The notes: generated by a model from the sequence alone, not told the origin. Shown: positions 18,828 to 29,453, counted from the stretch's first letter. The stretch: DNA of 64,000 nucleotides from Alphaproteobacteria bacterium (GCA_965232515.1 CBDDPY010000002.1:5760001-5824000); one strand, 5' to 3'. Translations and numbers: made by a program.

Positions 18828-20033
18828 ATGCATATCGACGCCACGCCCGAGGATCTGGCCTTCCGCGAGGAGGTCCGCGCCTTTCTCGCCGACAAGCTGA
18901 CGCCGGATCTGCGCGAGGCGACGCGGCTGACGAGCGGCGTCTATTCCGAATTCGAGGTCGCTTTCCGCTGGCACAAGATCCTGCACGAGAAGGGCTGGAT
19001 CGCGCCTGGCTGGCCGGTCGAATACGGCGGCACCGGCTGGACGCCCATGCAGCGCTACATCTACGACAGCGAGGCCGGCCGCGCTGGCGTACCGCGGCTG
19101 TTCTCCATGGGCCTGCGCATGGTCGGGCCCGTGATCATGAAATACGGCCGGCCCGACCAGAAGGACGAGTACCTGCCGCGCATCCGGTCGGGCGACGACG
19201 TCTGGTGCCAGGGCTATTCCGAGCCCGGCTCGGGGTCGGATCTCGCCTCGCTGCAATGCCGGGCCGACAAGGACGGCGACGATTACGTGGTCAACGGCAG
19301 CAAGATCTGGACCACGGGCGCGCAGCACGCCAACCGCATGTTCTGCCTCGTGCGCACGTCGACCGAGGGCAAGCCGCAGCAGGGCATCAGCTTCATCCTG
19401 ATTGACATGGACACACCGGGCATTCGGGTCGAGCCGATCATCACGCTCGCCGGCGACCATGAGGTTAACCAGGTGTTCTTCGACGACGTGCGCGTGCCGC
19501 AGGCGAACCGCGTCGGCGAGGAGAACGACGGCTGGACCGTCGCCAAGTATCTCCTGGAGTTCGAGCGCGGCGGCGCCGCCTATGCGACGACGCTCGGCGC
19601 CACGCTCGCCGGCACGCGCCGCATCGCCGAGGCCGAGGCGAGCGGCGGCGGCCGGCTGATCGACGACGACGGCTTCCGGCGCAAGCTCGCCGCCGCCGAG
19701 ATCGCCGTCGACGCCCTGCAGGCGACCGAGCACCGCATCATGTCCGAGATCGCCCAGCGCGGCCGGCCAGGCCCGGCCTCCTCGATGATGAAGGTCTCGG
19801 GCTCCGAGCTGCACCAGCAAATCACCGAGCTGGCGGTCGAGGCGATCGCCTACTACGCCGCGCCCGATCAGCCCGAAGCCCGCGTGCCGGGCCGCAACGT
19901 CGATCCCATCGGCCCCGACTACGCCGTCCCGGTCATGCCGAAATACCTCAACTACCGCGCCGCCTCGATCTACGCCGGCAGCAACGAAATCCAGCGCAAC
20001 ATCATGGCCAAGCTGGTGCTGGGCCTGGCGTAG
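18828..20033 (+). CDS. Acyl-CoA dehydrogenase
   Basis: WCQGYSEPGSGSDLASL, NGSKIWTT and SIYAGSNEIQRNI; GGAGG RBS. Confidence 0.93.
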   Translation: MHIDATPEDLAFREEVRAFLADKLTPDLREATRLTSGVYSEFEVAFRWHKILHEKGWIAPGWPVEYGGTGWTPMQRYIYDSEAGRAGVPRLFSMGLRMVGPVIMKYGRPDQKDEYLPRIRSGDDVWCQGYSEPGSGSDLASLQCRADKDGDDYVVNGSKIWTTGAQHANRMFCLVRTSTEGKPQQGISFILIDMDTPGIRVEPIITLAGDHEVNQVFFDDVRVPQANRVGEENDGWTVAKYLLEFERGGAAYATTLGATLAGTRRIAEAEASGGGRLIDDDGFRRKLAAAEIAVDALQATEHRIMSEIAQRGRPGPASSMMKVSGSELHQQITELAVEAIAYYAAPDQPEARVPGRNVDPIGPDYAVPVMPKYLNYRAASIYAGSNEIQRNIMAKLVLGLA

Positions 20034-20056
20034 CGACGAGGGCGGGTAGAAGCCTC

Positions 20057-20518
20057 ATGGCGTCCGATCTGATCGTCCGCGACGTCGCGCGCACCGACTA
20101 TATGCAGTGGCTGCCGTTGTGGGACGGCTACAACGCCTTCTACGGCCGGGCGGGCGAGACGGCGCTCGCCGACGAGATCACGGCCGCGACCTGGCAGCGC
20201 TTCTTCGATGCCTACGAGCCCATGCACGCGCTCGTCGCCGAGCGCGACGGCACGCTGTTGGGCCTGGTCCATTACCTGTTCCACCGCAGCACCACGACGA
20301 TCGAGCCGAACTGCTATCTGCAGGACCTGTTCACGTCGGAAGCCGCGCGCGGCCAGGGTGTCGGCCGCGCGCTTATCGAGGCGGTCTACGAACGGGCACA
20401 TGTCGCGGGTGGCAGCCGGGTCTATTGGCTGACCCACGAAACCAATCGCACGGCGCGCCAACTTTACGACAAGGTCGCCGAGGACACCGGCTTCATCGTC
20501 TACCGCAAGATGCTCTGA
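20057..20518 (+). CDS. GNAT N-acetyltransferase
   Basis: YLQDLFT..ARGQGVGRALI and N.TARQLYDK. Confidence 0.9.
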   Translation: MASDLIVRDVARTDYMQWLPLWDGYNAFYGRAGETALADEITAATWQRFFDAYEPMHALVAERDGTLLGLVHYLFHRSTTTIEPNCYLQDLFTSEAARGQGVGRALIEAVYERAHVAGGSRVYWLTHETNRTARQLYDKVAEDTGFIVYRKML

Positions 20519-20529
20519 GCGCCGTTTCG

Positions 20530-21939
20530 CTAGTCACGCGCCAGTAACGTCATCAGGATGCCGTGGCGCGGGCGCAGCGTAATCACCGGCTGCACGGCCA
20601 CGGGATGGTCGGGAACGACCTTCAGCCGATAACGTTGCGCCAGCGTGGCCAGGATCAGCTGGATCTCCATCAGGGCGAAGTTGTTGCCGATGCACTGACG
20701 CTGACCGCCGCCGAAGGGCAAGTAAGCGAACTTCGGCCGCGTGACCGCAAGTTCCGGCTGGAACCGCTCAGGATCGAAGCGTTCCGGCGCCGGCCAGAAA
20801 TCCGGATGCCGGTGTGTGACATAGGTGCTGACGAAGACCTGCGCGCCCTTCCGAATCCGGAACCCGCCGATTTCGTCGTCGGCCGCCGCCCGCCGCTCCA
20901 CGCCCCAGGCCGGCGGGTAGAGCCTTAGCGTCTCCTCGACGACCATCCGCCCATAAGGCATGCGCGCCAGATCGTCGAAACCGGGCGCGCGCCCGCCGAG
21001 CACCGTATCCAGCTCGGCGTGCAACCTTTGCTCGACGTTCGGATGCTGGGACAACAGGTACCAAGCCCAGCTCAGCGCCATAGCGCTGGTTTCATGACCG
21101 GCCAGCAGCATGGTCATGACCTCGTCCCGCACCTGCCGGTCGCTCATGCCCTCGCCCTTGTCGGCGTCACGGACCGACACCAGCATGGACAGCAGATCGT
21201 CCCCGCCACCGTCGCTGCGGCGCCTCTCGATCAGGCCGTAGACGAAGTCGTCCAGCGCGCGCAATGCCGCCGTGAATTGGCGGTTGCGGGCCGTCGGCAC
21301 GAATATCGGCGGCGAGAACGGGCGGTTCATGCGGAAGTCGATGTATTCCAACGCGATCAACAGGTCGCGGCGCAACGTCGGATAGCGCCCGCCAAGGCCG
21401 CCGCCCAGCAGCGCGCGGCCGACGATTTCCAGCGTGATGCGCGACATCTCGCGGCAGATCTCGACGGGCCGGCCGGTCCGGTGCGCGATCTGCCAGCGCT
21501 CGCCGGCATCCTGCGCCGCCAGCGTCATGCGTCCGGCGAGCGCTTCCAGCCGCCGGCGGTGGAACGCCGGCTGCGTCAGGCGGCGCTGGCGCAACCAGAA
21601 ATCGCCCTCGCTCGAGACCAGTCCTTCGCCGCCCAGCAGCTTGAATTTCTGGTGGAAGAAGCCCCGGCGATAGTTGCGCTGGTTGCGCCGCAGCACGTGT
21701 TCAACGCCGTCGGGATGGGTGATCTGATAGATCGGCAAGGGCCCGAAGCGATAGCGCACGACATCGCCGAACGCTTCCCGCGACCGCAACGCGAGGTCCA
21801 GCGGATCGCGCCGGAAGTCGAGGGCGTGCCCAAGCAGAAACTGCCCCCGCGGTCCCGGCGCGTCGCCGCCGGTGACGTCGGTGCGCCGCGTCGGGCGCGG
21901 GACGCCGAGCGTTGCGTGGGCGAGCTGGTGATCAGTCAT
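20530..21939 (-). CDS. Cytochrome P450
   Basis: AGHETS I-helix, EETLRLYPP (ExxR), PERF and FGGGQRQCIG heme-Cys motif. Confidence 0.95.
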   Translation of the reverse strand: MTDHQLAHATLGVPRPTRRTDVTGGDAPGPRGQFLLGHALDFRRDPLDLALRSREAFGDVVRYRFGPLPIYQITHPDGVEHVLRRNQRNYRRGFFHQKFKLLGGEGLVSSEGDFWLRQRRLTQPAFHRRRLEALAGRMTLAAQDAGERWQIAHRTGRPVEICREMSRITLEIVGRALLGGGLGGRYPTLRRDLLIALEYIDFRMNRPFSPPIFVPTARNRQFTAALRALDDFVYGLIERRRSDGGGDDLLSMLVSVRDADKGEGMSDRQVRDEVMTMLLAGHETSAMALSWAWYLLSQHPNVEQRLHAELDTVLGGRAPGFDDLARMPYGRMVVEETLRLYPPAWGVERRAAADDEIGGFRIRKGAQVFVSTYVTHRHPDFWPAPERFDPERFQPELAVTRPKFAYLPFGGGQRQCIGNNFALMEIQLILATLAQRYRLKVVPDHPVAVQPVITLRPRHGILMTLLARD

Positions 21940-22000
21940 CGACCGTTTCCCACCGATTCATCTAATGTCGAATTGAACCGAGACAATCCGGCGTTATCGC

Positions 22001-22252
22001 TTACCAGAACCGCGATTCCCAATAATGCTGTCCGGTTGCCTCGCGGCCATGCCAGACGGCGACCTCAATTTCCGAGCGCGATATGCCGATGTCCTCCAAC
22101 TGTGAGTCCGACATGGCCGACAGGCGATCGATGGCCAGCCCGTAGTGGTAACGCCGCTTGCACCACTGCCAAACGCTCGACGCCGCGCCGGCGATGCCTC
22201 GCCCGGCAGCCGCGCCGCCCGACAGGGCGGGATTTTGTGTCTCAATCGTCAT
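22001..22252 (-). CDS. DUF1127 (YjiS-like) small protein
   Basis: LSAMSDSQLEDIGISRSEI motif; AGGA RBS. Confidence 0.8.
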   Translation of the reverse strand: MTIETQNPALSGGAAAGRGIAGAASSVWQWCKRRYHYGLAIDRLSAMSDSQLEDIGISRSEIEVAVWHGREATGQHYWESRFW

Positions 22253-22528
22253 CTTTTCATTTCCTTGCTTGTTTGCCGGACCCGGTAGAGCCAAACCTGG
22301 CGACGCCGGCCGGGTCCTGGCCGGTGTCTTTTGAAGCCTGGTAAATATGCATAGCGAGCGCGAAATCAGCGTCCGCTCCTCGTCCGAAATTCGTGAAAAA
22401 TGCGATACTTATCGTTTTCCGTGCCGCTGCGGCGGTCACGGCCGGCAGTGGAGCGAAGGTGGCGAAAAGTGTTAATTTGAACCGCCGCGACAAAAATCCG
22501 CTGAACCGGCGACAAGCGGTGACGCACC

Positions 22529-24505
22529 ATGCTGACGGTTCGACTGCTCGGACCTCTGGCGGTTGAGGGGCCCGACCCGATCGCGTTTTCCACCCGCAAA
22601 ACGGCGATGCTGTTTGCGATATTGGCGTTCAATGTCGGCAAATCCGTTAGCCGTGAGACGGTCCGCAATCTCTTGTGGAGCGATCGCGGCGACGCGCAGT
22701 CGTCGGGCAGCCTGCGGCGCGCCCTTAGCGATGTGCGCCGCCTGCTCGAGATGCATGGTGCGGACGCGGCCCTGCAGACCACGGCGACGGCGATAAAACT
22801 GGCCGCTGATCAGGCGCGCGTCGACGTGCGGACTTTCGTCGATCTCGCGCGCGGGGCCGGAGAAGAATCCTGGCTTGGTGCCGCCGAGACTTATCGCGGC
22901 GATCTGTTGAGCGACGCGCATGCGATCGATCCGGGTTTCGACGATTGGCTGCGTGTCGAGCGGCAAGCGGTGCGAAGCACGGCGGTTCGGCTGGTCGAAA
23001 GGCTGTCGGAATGCGCGAGCACGTCTGCGGCCTTCGATGCGACTGAGCGCCTGGCGCTGCAATTGCTGCGGACCGACGCCGCCTGCGAGGAGGCGCACCG
23101 CGCCGTCATGCGCATCTTCATCCATCGCGGCCGCCGGAACGCCGCGCTGAAGCAATACGCGGCCTGCGTCGAGGCCCTGCGCGAACAGCTCGGCGCCGAA
23201 CCGGAAGAGGCGACGCAATCGCTTTTTCGCGCGGCGAAGACGCACACGACGCCGCCGCGCGACGCTGTCGAACGGACGCCGGACGCCGCTGACCAGATCC
23301 AGGCATTCGCACCGAAGCCGAAGATCGCCGTGTTGCCGTTCGAATGCCGCGGGCCCGCGGCCGAGCAGGATTTCATCGCCAGCGGCATCGCCGAGGATCT
23401 GATCGTCGAGCTCTCGCGCATCAGCGACTACGACGTGATCTCGCGGCAATCGACGCTCTCCTTCGGCGTCGACAGCAACCCGCCCGCCGATCTGCATGCC
23501 GAACTGGGCGCCACTTACGCCATTCAGGGCAGCGTGCTGCGCGCCGACGACAGGGTCCGCGTGACCGCCCGCCTGGTCGAGCCGCGCTCGGGCGAGCAGG
23601 TCTGGGCCGACCACTACGATCGCGAGATCGGCGGCATCTTCGATCTGCAGGATGAGATCACCGCCGCGATCGTCGATACGATCGACGCCGAGATCCGCGT
23701 CCATCAGCGCGAGCGCGCGGTCCGCCGCCATCCCGACAACCTGGATGCGTGGGAGCAGTTCCAGCGCGGCATGCATTTCCTTTACGGCCGCACGCACGAC
23801 GACGCGGACAGGGCGGAGACCTGCTTCCGCCGGGCGATCGACCTGGCGCCCGCCTTCGCGGCACCCCATGCCGGGCTGGCGTCCGTAAACCTGGTGCGGG
23901 CGATCCTGAACCTGACAGACGACATACCGGGCGAGATCGACCGGTCGATCGCGCATGCCCGGCGGGCGATCGACCTGCGACCGACCGACTCCTACGCGCT
24001 GACGACGCTCGGCCGGGCCATGATCTTCAGCGGCGATCTCGAAAACGCGCGCGAGCTGCTGGAGCGCGCGATCGCCGAGAACCCCAGCCACGCTCAGGCC
24101 TATTTCGGCCTGGGGCACGCGCTCTTCCGCCTGGGCCGCGGGGCGGCGGCGATCGACTGTCTCGACCGCGGCTTGAGCCTCAGCCCCAAGGACCCGCTGG
24201 TCAGCACGATCCTGGCGCTGAAGGCGCTGTGCCTCTACGCCGGCGAGCGGTTCGATGAGGCCGAATCCGTGGCGCGGTCGGCCATGCGGCTGCGCGGTGC
24301 TGAGATCTGGCCGCGCATCGCGCTGGCGATTTCACTGGTCAGGCGCGAACGTCCGGACGAAGCCGCTGAGGTGGTCCGCGACCTCCTCAGCCTCGACCGC
24401 TCGCTGACCTGTGCAAAACTGGGCGAGATGATGGCCCACGCGCGTGCCAGGGATCGCGAGCGGGTCACCGCGGATCTCATCGCCGCGGGTTTGCCGGCGA
24501 CCTAG
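22529..24505 (+). CDS. SARP/BTAD-TolB-like-TPR transcriptional regulator
   Basis: N-terminal wHTH (LRRALSDVRR), BTAD (YRGDLL, EEAHRAVMR, LGAEP), IAVLPF TolB-N-like segment and TPR repeats. Confidence 0.88.
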   Translation: MLTVRLLGPLAVEGPDPIAFSTRKTAMLFAILAFNVGKSVSRETVRNLLWSDRGDAQSSGSLRRALSDVRRLLEMHGADAALQTTATAIKLAADQARVDVRTFVDLARGAGEESWLGAAETYRGDLLSDAHAIDPGFDDWLRVERQAVRSTAVRLVERLSECASTSAAFDATERLALQLLRTDAACEEAHRAVMRIFIHRGRRNAALKQYAACVEALREQLGAEPEEATQSLFRAAKTHTTPPRDAVERTPDAADQIQAFAPKPKIAVLPFECRGPAAEQDFIASGIAEDLIVELSRISDYDVISRQSTLSFGVDSNPPADLHAELGATYAIQGSVLRADDRVRVTARLVEPRSGEQVWADHYDREIGGIFDLQDEITAAIVDTIDAEIRVHQRERAVRRHPDNLDAWEQFQRGMHFLYGRTHDDADRAETCFRRAIDLAPAFAAPHAGLASVNLVRAILNLTDDIPGEIDRSIAHARRAIDLRPTDSYALTTLGRAMIFSGDLENARELLERAIAENPSHAQAYFGLGHALFRLGRGAAAIDCLDRGLSLSPKDPLVSTILALKALCLYAGERFDEAESVARSAMRLRGAEIWPRIALAISLVRRERPDEAAEVVRDLLSLDRSLTCAKLGEMMAHARARDRERVTADLIAAGLPAT

Positions 24506-25104
24506 TCGGTATACTTGGCGAACAGAACGGCGTCGCCGGTCTGGCGGACAAGCGGCTGGTTCGGCAGTTTTTGTCGTCCGAATTCCATATAGCCGTTGGC
24601 GAGCAGAAACCGGCAAGCCCGTGCGTTCCGCGCCGGCGCGATGATCGTCGTCGCCACCAGGCCGGTCATGGTGGCTTCCGTCTCGGCGAGGCTCAACAGC
24701 CGCGCGCCGAATCCCCGGCCCTGGTAATCCGGCCGCACGGCGACGACGCCGATATGCAGCGTGCGATAGGCCGGCCAATCGGCAAATTCGACCGGGATCC
24801 GGTCGAGCTGCTGAATGCGTCGGCTCGCGCCATTGGCGCCGCAGGGAAAGGTCACGACGACGCCGACGACGTTAGCGCCGTCGTCGATGACCAGGCTGTT
24901 GTCGCAGGTCAGGCGGCCGGCGGTCCGCGCGAACGCCCGCGCACCGATGTCGAGCAGGCATTCGTCGCCACGGACATGCCGCGCCCAGATCAGATCGGCG
25001 ATCCCGTCCGAAGCGGATTGGAAAAGCTCGGCGATGGCGCGCGCGTCCGCGGGCTGCGCCACGCGCAGGGTCTCGTTGCTGATACGTCTTGCCAAATTTG
25101 TCAT
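24502..25104 (-). CDS. GNAT N-acetyltransferase
   Basis: VAVRPDYQGRGFGARLL and N.RACRFLLANGY. Confidence 0.8.
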   Translation of the reverse strand: MTNLARRISNETLRVAQPADARAIAELFQSASDGIADLIWARHVRGDECLLDIGARAFARTAGRLTCDNSLVIDDGANVVGVVVTFPCGANGASRRIQQLDRIPVEFADWPAYRTLHIGVVAVRPDYQGRGFGARLLSLAETEATMTGLVATTIIAPARNARACRFLLANGYMEFGRQKLPNQPLVRQTGDAVLFAKYTD

Positions 25105-25323
25105 GGCACCGGGTCCGTTTTTCGACGGCTGACAGATTGACGCCGGGGCGTGAGCCCGCCGTCGCATCCGGCGTTACCTGCGCGTGAAAACGATTCCCCG
25201 GGTGACTTTTTCCGTGCCGGCCGGTTTGTGACGGCCGCGTCGCCGGTTGCCGATCCCCAAGGCAGGAACGAAAACGGCGAGGCCGTGGGCCCCGCCGCGC
25301 TCGATGACGTTTCGTTTCGTTGG

Positions 25324-26202
25324 TTAGGTGGTGTTGCGTCTGCCCCGACGGCGGCGCAGCGCCGTGACGCCCAGGCAGAAGATTCCGCTGCCCAGCAGCG
25401 CGAGCGACGATGGTTCCGGGATCGCCAGCGTGTTGAGGGGGATGGGTTCGCCGAAGATGAAGTCGTCCATGACCACGCCGTCGCCGGGTCCCGATGCGGG
25501 CGGCATGAACGTACCGTTCGACAGCAGGGTCGAACTGCCGGTAGTGACCTTGGCGCTGCCGATCAGTTCGCCGGCGTCGAAGACCACGCCCAGGAACGAC
25601 AGACCCCCGTTCGGGGACGTCAAGACTTCTCCGGCGAACAGCGAGTTGCCGTCGAGGTCGAAAAGCTCCAGCGTCGTGGCGCCGGCCAGCTCGACGTCAT
25701 TGAAGACGATGCCAAGACCGGTTGAAGCGGCCTGTTCATCCGGATTCGCCGGATCGAAGAAATCGACAAACGTCATGTTGCTGCCAATCGGCGAGAACAT
25801 GCGTTGTTCGCTGAACGGGATGAAGTCGTTGGGAAACCCGAACCGCGGCGGCGCGGCCGTGCCCGCGTTCGAGCTCAACAGGAAACCGTTGCCCGGCGTC
25901 GAAAACTCGATGCCTCGTGCGCGTGGACTGAAATCGGCATTGAAGAAGTCGCCGGGGAACAAGTTTGGATCCGAGACCGCATCCGGCGCCGCGTCCCAGT
26001 TGATCTGACGGCGACCGCCGACAAAATTCTCAGGATTGTTTGGATTGAGCGCGCCGAGCGCGTTCCGGAAATCGTCGACCGTGCCCAGAATGCTGGCGGC
26101 ATTGGCGCCCGAGGTTTCGAAAACGATCGGCGCGGCCTGCGCCGTGGCCGCCGAGAACGCAAGTGCTGCCGCGCATAGTCCCGCCACGAATCCCGGTTTC
26201 AT
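25324..26202 (-). CDS. PEP-CTERM sorting-domain protein (single unit)
   Basis: Signal peptide ending AQA; C-terminal IPEPSSLALLGSGIFCLGVTALRRRR. Confidence 0.88.
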   Translation of the reverse strand: MKPGFVAGLCAAALAFSAATAQAAPIVFETSGANAASILGTVDDFRNALGALNPNNPENFVGGRRQINWDAAPDAVSDPNLFPGDFFNADFSPRARGIEFSTPGNGFLLSSNAGTAAPPRFGFPNDFIPFSEQRMFSPIGSNMTFVDFFDPANPDEQAASTGLGIVFNDVELAGATTLELFDLDGNSLFAGEVLTSPNGGLSFLGVVFDAGELIGSAKVTTGSSTLLSNGTFMPPASGPGDGVVMDDFIFGEPIPLNTLAIPEPSSLALLGSGIFCLGVTALRRRRGRRNTT

Positions 26203-26330
26203 GGGTACCCCCTTACTGCTGACCTCGACAGAAGCGTCAAAACGCCTGAATTCCGGGAAAAGATTACCAGCCGAGCAGGCCGCAAGGCCGGTGATAAGGC
26301 CGTGTCCAACATGAGGCGCGGCCTGTCCTC

Positions 26331-27083
26331 CTAGCCCATGCCATGGCCGGCGACGTGCCCGCCGTCGACGTTGACGGTCGCGCCGGTGATGAAATCGCTG
26401 TCCGCCAGCAACAGCGCGGTCCTGGCGATGTCGTCCGGTTCGCCGATCCGGTTCAGAAGATGCAGGCCGGCCAGGCTGTCGGCGTCCGTGATTCCGTTCT
26501 TGCCGTGCAATGGCGTGCGGATGATGCCCGGCGAGATGGTGTTGACGCGGATATTGTCGCCGCCCAATTCCGCGGCCAGCTGCCGGGTCAGCGTATGCAG
26601 CGCGCCCTTGCTCGCCATCGGCGCCGTGATCGGCAGTCCGGCGATGGCGTGATCGACCAGCACGGTGCCGATATTGATCACCGCACCGCCACCACCCCGT
26701 TGCAGATGCGGCACCACGGCTTGTGTCAGGAAAAAGCTGCCCTTCAGATTGACGGCCAGAAAGAGCTCGAGATGCGCTTCGTCGACCTCCAGGAACGGCC
26801 GCGGCTCGAAGATGCCGGCATTGTTGACCAGCACGTCGATGCGACCGAACCGTGACAGGGCCGCCGCGACAAGGCGCGCCCGGTCCTCGGCCCTGGCGAT
26901 ATCGGTCACGGCCGTGATCGCATTCTCCGGCGCGCCAAGGGCGTCCTGCGTTGCGGCCAGCCTCGCCGCGTTCGTGCCCGCCAGCACGATGTTGTCGCCG
27001 CGGTCGGCGAACGCCTTGGCGATGGCCTGTCCGAGACCGCCCGAGGCGCCGGTGACGATAACTGTTTTGCGTTGCTGAGACAT
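26331..27083 (-). CDS. SDR family oxidoreductase (catalytic Tyr apparently replaced: PMASK)
   Basis: TGASGGLG, NNAG and ITGATVNVDGG. Confidence 0.9.
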   Translation of the reverse strand: MSQQRKTVIVTGASGGLGQAIAKAFADRGDNIVLAGTNAARLAATQDALGAPENAITAVTDIARAEDRARLVAAALSRFGRIDVLVNNAGIFEPRPFLEVDEAHLELFLAVNLKGSFFLTQAVVPHLQRGGGGAVINIGTVLVDHAIAGLPITAPMASKGALHTLTRQLAAELGGDNIRVNTISPGIIRTPLHGKNGITDADSLAGLHLLNRIGEPDDIARTALLLADSDFITGATVNVDGGHVAGHGMG

Positions 27084-27235
27084 GTGCTGCTCCCGTGTCC
27101 AGGTTTGCGACAGCCGGACCGGGCAATGCCGTCGGCGTCCGGTCGCGGGCCGTCTCGGACGCCATATGCGGATCGATCTTCTTTGTCGAAATAGAAGAAA
27201 TGCAGTAAATATCTTTCGAATAATTCGAAAGATGG

Positions 27236-28174
27236 ATGCGTATGGATCACCTCGCCGCCATGCGGGTCTTCGCCAGCGTGGTTGAAACCGGTGGACTGTC
27301 GGCGGCGGGCCGCGCGCTCGGCTTGGCGCCGTCGACCGTCTCGCGGCGCGTCGCCGAACTTGAAGACCGGCTCGGCGTCCGGTTGCTGCAACGGACGACG
27401 CGCAGATTGAGCCTGACGGAGGCGGGCGCGACCTACTACGAACGGGTGCGTGACATCGTGCGGGCCGTCGACGAGGCCGGCCTGGCCGTCACGGAACAGC
27501 GCGCGGGCCCCAGCGGGCCGCTGCGCGTCACGGTGCCGGCCAGCATGGCGCGCCGTCATATCGCGCCGGCCGTGGCTGACTTCGTGGCGCGTTATCCGAC
27601 CGTCAATATCGCCATGTCGGTGACGGACCGGACCGTCGACATTGTCGGCGAGGGCTTTGACGTTGCCGTCCGGACCGGCCGGCTTGACGACTCGAGCCTG
27701 ATCGCCCGCAAGCTCGGGCAATGCCGGCGTCTGGTCGGCGCCGCGCCTGCTTATCTGACGCGGGCCGGACGGCCGCGTGACCCGAAGGCGCTTGCCGAAC
27801 ATGCTTGTCTGAGCTTTCGGCGGCATCCCGGCGGCAACATCTGGCGTTTTCGAAGCCGCGAAGGCCGGACCGAAGTTCGCGTCTCGGGCCCGTTCGTCGC
27901 CGACGACGGCGAGGCACTCGTGGCGGCCGCCTCGGCTGGGCTTGGTCTGATTCTGGTGCCGGAATGGCTTGTCGGCGATGAAATCGCCGCCGGCCGGTTG
28001 GTCGAGGTATTGACGGACCATGCCGCCGAACCGGCGGAAACGCCGATCTACGCGGTGTATGCGCCAGGACCCCATGTCCCGCCCAATGTTCGGGCCTTCG
28101 TCGGATTTCTGGCCGAGCGCTTTGGTCGGGACTACGCCTGGGGCGGTGGCGCTTTCGGGAATCCCGTTATGTGA
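27236..28174 (+). CDS. LysR-family regulator (CrgA-like)
   Basis: LEDRLGVRLLQRTTRRLSLTEAG and DIVGEGFDVAVR; divergent from the SDR. Confidence 0.92.
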   Translation: MRMDHLAAMRVFASVVETGGLSAAGRALGLAPSTVSRRVAELEDRLGVRLLQRTTRRLSLTEAGATYYERVRDIVRAVDEAGLAVTEQRAGPSGPLRVTVPASMARRHIAPAVADFVARYPTVNIAMSVTDRTVDIVGEGFDVAVRTGRLDDSSLIARKLGQCRRLVGAAPAYLTRAGRPRDPKALAEHACLSFRRHPGGNIWRFRSREGRTEVRVSGPFVADDGEALVAAASAGLGLILVPEWLVGDEIAAGRLVEVLTDHAAEPAETPIYAVYAPGPHVPPNVRAFVGFLAERFGRDYAWGGGAFGNPVM

Positions 28175-28241
28175 AGCTTAACCGTTTGCCGGCATCGTTA
28201 ACGGCCATCCGAACTGGGGGTCGGACCGTGGGAGTGCTGGC

Positions 28242-29453
28242 GTGACGTCGACGCGAACCGGGGTTTCCGCGCGTGGGGGGCGCATCGACTTGGCCATGCC
28301 CTGGCGCCTGCCGCCGGATTGGCGCACCGGCCTTCACGACCTGCGCTATCTGATTCAGCCCGGCCGGGCGTCGCCGCTGCTGGCGACGCGCAAGGCGGAG
28401 GCGATCCTGCCGCGGCTGCGCTTGGTTGCCGACCTCTCCGCCGCCGTTACCTTGGCGCTGATCATCGTCGATTTCATGGTCTTCCCGTTGTCGACGGCCG
28501 CCGCATTGGCCGTTGGCCGGGTTGTCGCGGGACTGCTCTTTCTCGCCGTCGCCATCGGCAGCCGCCGGGGGCGCACGTTGCGCGCGGCCCGCCGGGCGCT
28601 GGCGGCGCTGATCATGATCGCCACGGTGTTTTTCCTGGTCGCCAAATACCAGTTGGCGGGCGTGCCCGATACCGACCTCGAACGCGCGCTTGCCTCGACC
28701 TACACGCTCTTTCCCTTCGTCATCGCGGCCGGCATCGCGATCTTTCCGCTGACCGTCGTGGAAGCGCTCGTCCTCCTGCTGCCGGTGATCGCGGCCAAGA
28801 CCTTTGTCGTCGTCTATCGCCAGCAGGGCGTGGATTGGGTCGCCGAAGCCGGTCAGCTCTGGCTGATGTTCCTGATCTGCGCCATCGCCGTCGCGGCCTG
28901 CGCCAACCAGCTGCATTTCATGCGCTCGCTGTTGAAGAACACCTCGCGCGACGCGCTGACCGGCGGCTTTACGCGCGCCGTCGGCGAGGAGCTGCTGCGC
29001 ATGTATTTTCGGCAGTCGCGCCGTACCGGCAGTCCGCTCGCCGTGATCCTGCTCGACCTCGACGATTTCAAGCAGGTGAATGACCGCTTCGGCCACGACG
29101 CCGGCGACGCGGTGCTGCGCGACTATGGCGCCCTGCTGAAATCTGCGTTGCGCGACAGTGATCTGATCGTGCGCTGGGGCGGCGACGAGCTTTTGCTGGT
29201 GCTGCCGAACGTCACGCCCGAAGGCGCCTGCCACGTCGTTCAGCGCCTGTGGCGCGAGGGCAGCGTGCTGCGCGCCGACGGCCGCGCACAGACCGCCAGC
29301 ATCGGTGTCGCCGAGCGCGTCGCCGACGGCGCCGACCGCTGGCGCGCACTCGTCCGTCTCGCCGACGAACGCGCGTATGACGCCAAACGCGACGGCAAAA
29401 ACCGCTTCGTTTGCTGCGACGGCCAGATCCATTCCCGCCCGCTGGCCGCCTGA
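28242..29453 (+). CDS. Membrane-bound GGDEF domain protein
   Basis: Several TM helices; DALTG, DLDDFKQVNDRFGHDAGD and RWGGDEL. Confidence 0.88.
   Translation: MTSTRTGVSARGGRIDLAMPWRLPPDWRTGLHDLRYLIQPGRASPLLATRKAEAILPRLRLVADLSAAVTLALIIVDFMVFPLSTAAALAVGRVVAGLLFLAVAIGSRRGRTLRAARRALAALIMIATVFFLVAKYQLAGVPDTDLERALASTYTLFPFVIAAGIAIFPLTVVEALVLLLPVIAAKTFVVVYRQQGVDWVAEAGQLWLMFLICAIAVAACANQLHFMRSLLKNTSRDALTGGFTRAVGEELLRMYFRQSRRTGSPLAVILLDLDDFKQVNDRFGHDAGDAVLRDYGALLKSALRDSDLIVRWGGDELLLVLPNVTPEGACHVVQRLWREGSVLRADGRAQTASIGVAERVADGADRWRALVRLADERAYDAKRDGKNRFVCCDGQIHSRPLAA

Noticed and set aside
25324-27165. 613-aa ORF suggesting a long PEP-CTERM fusion
   Set aside because: The upstream part is an alternate frame over the SDR gene; the real start is the signal peptide at 26202.
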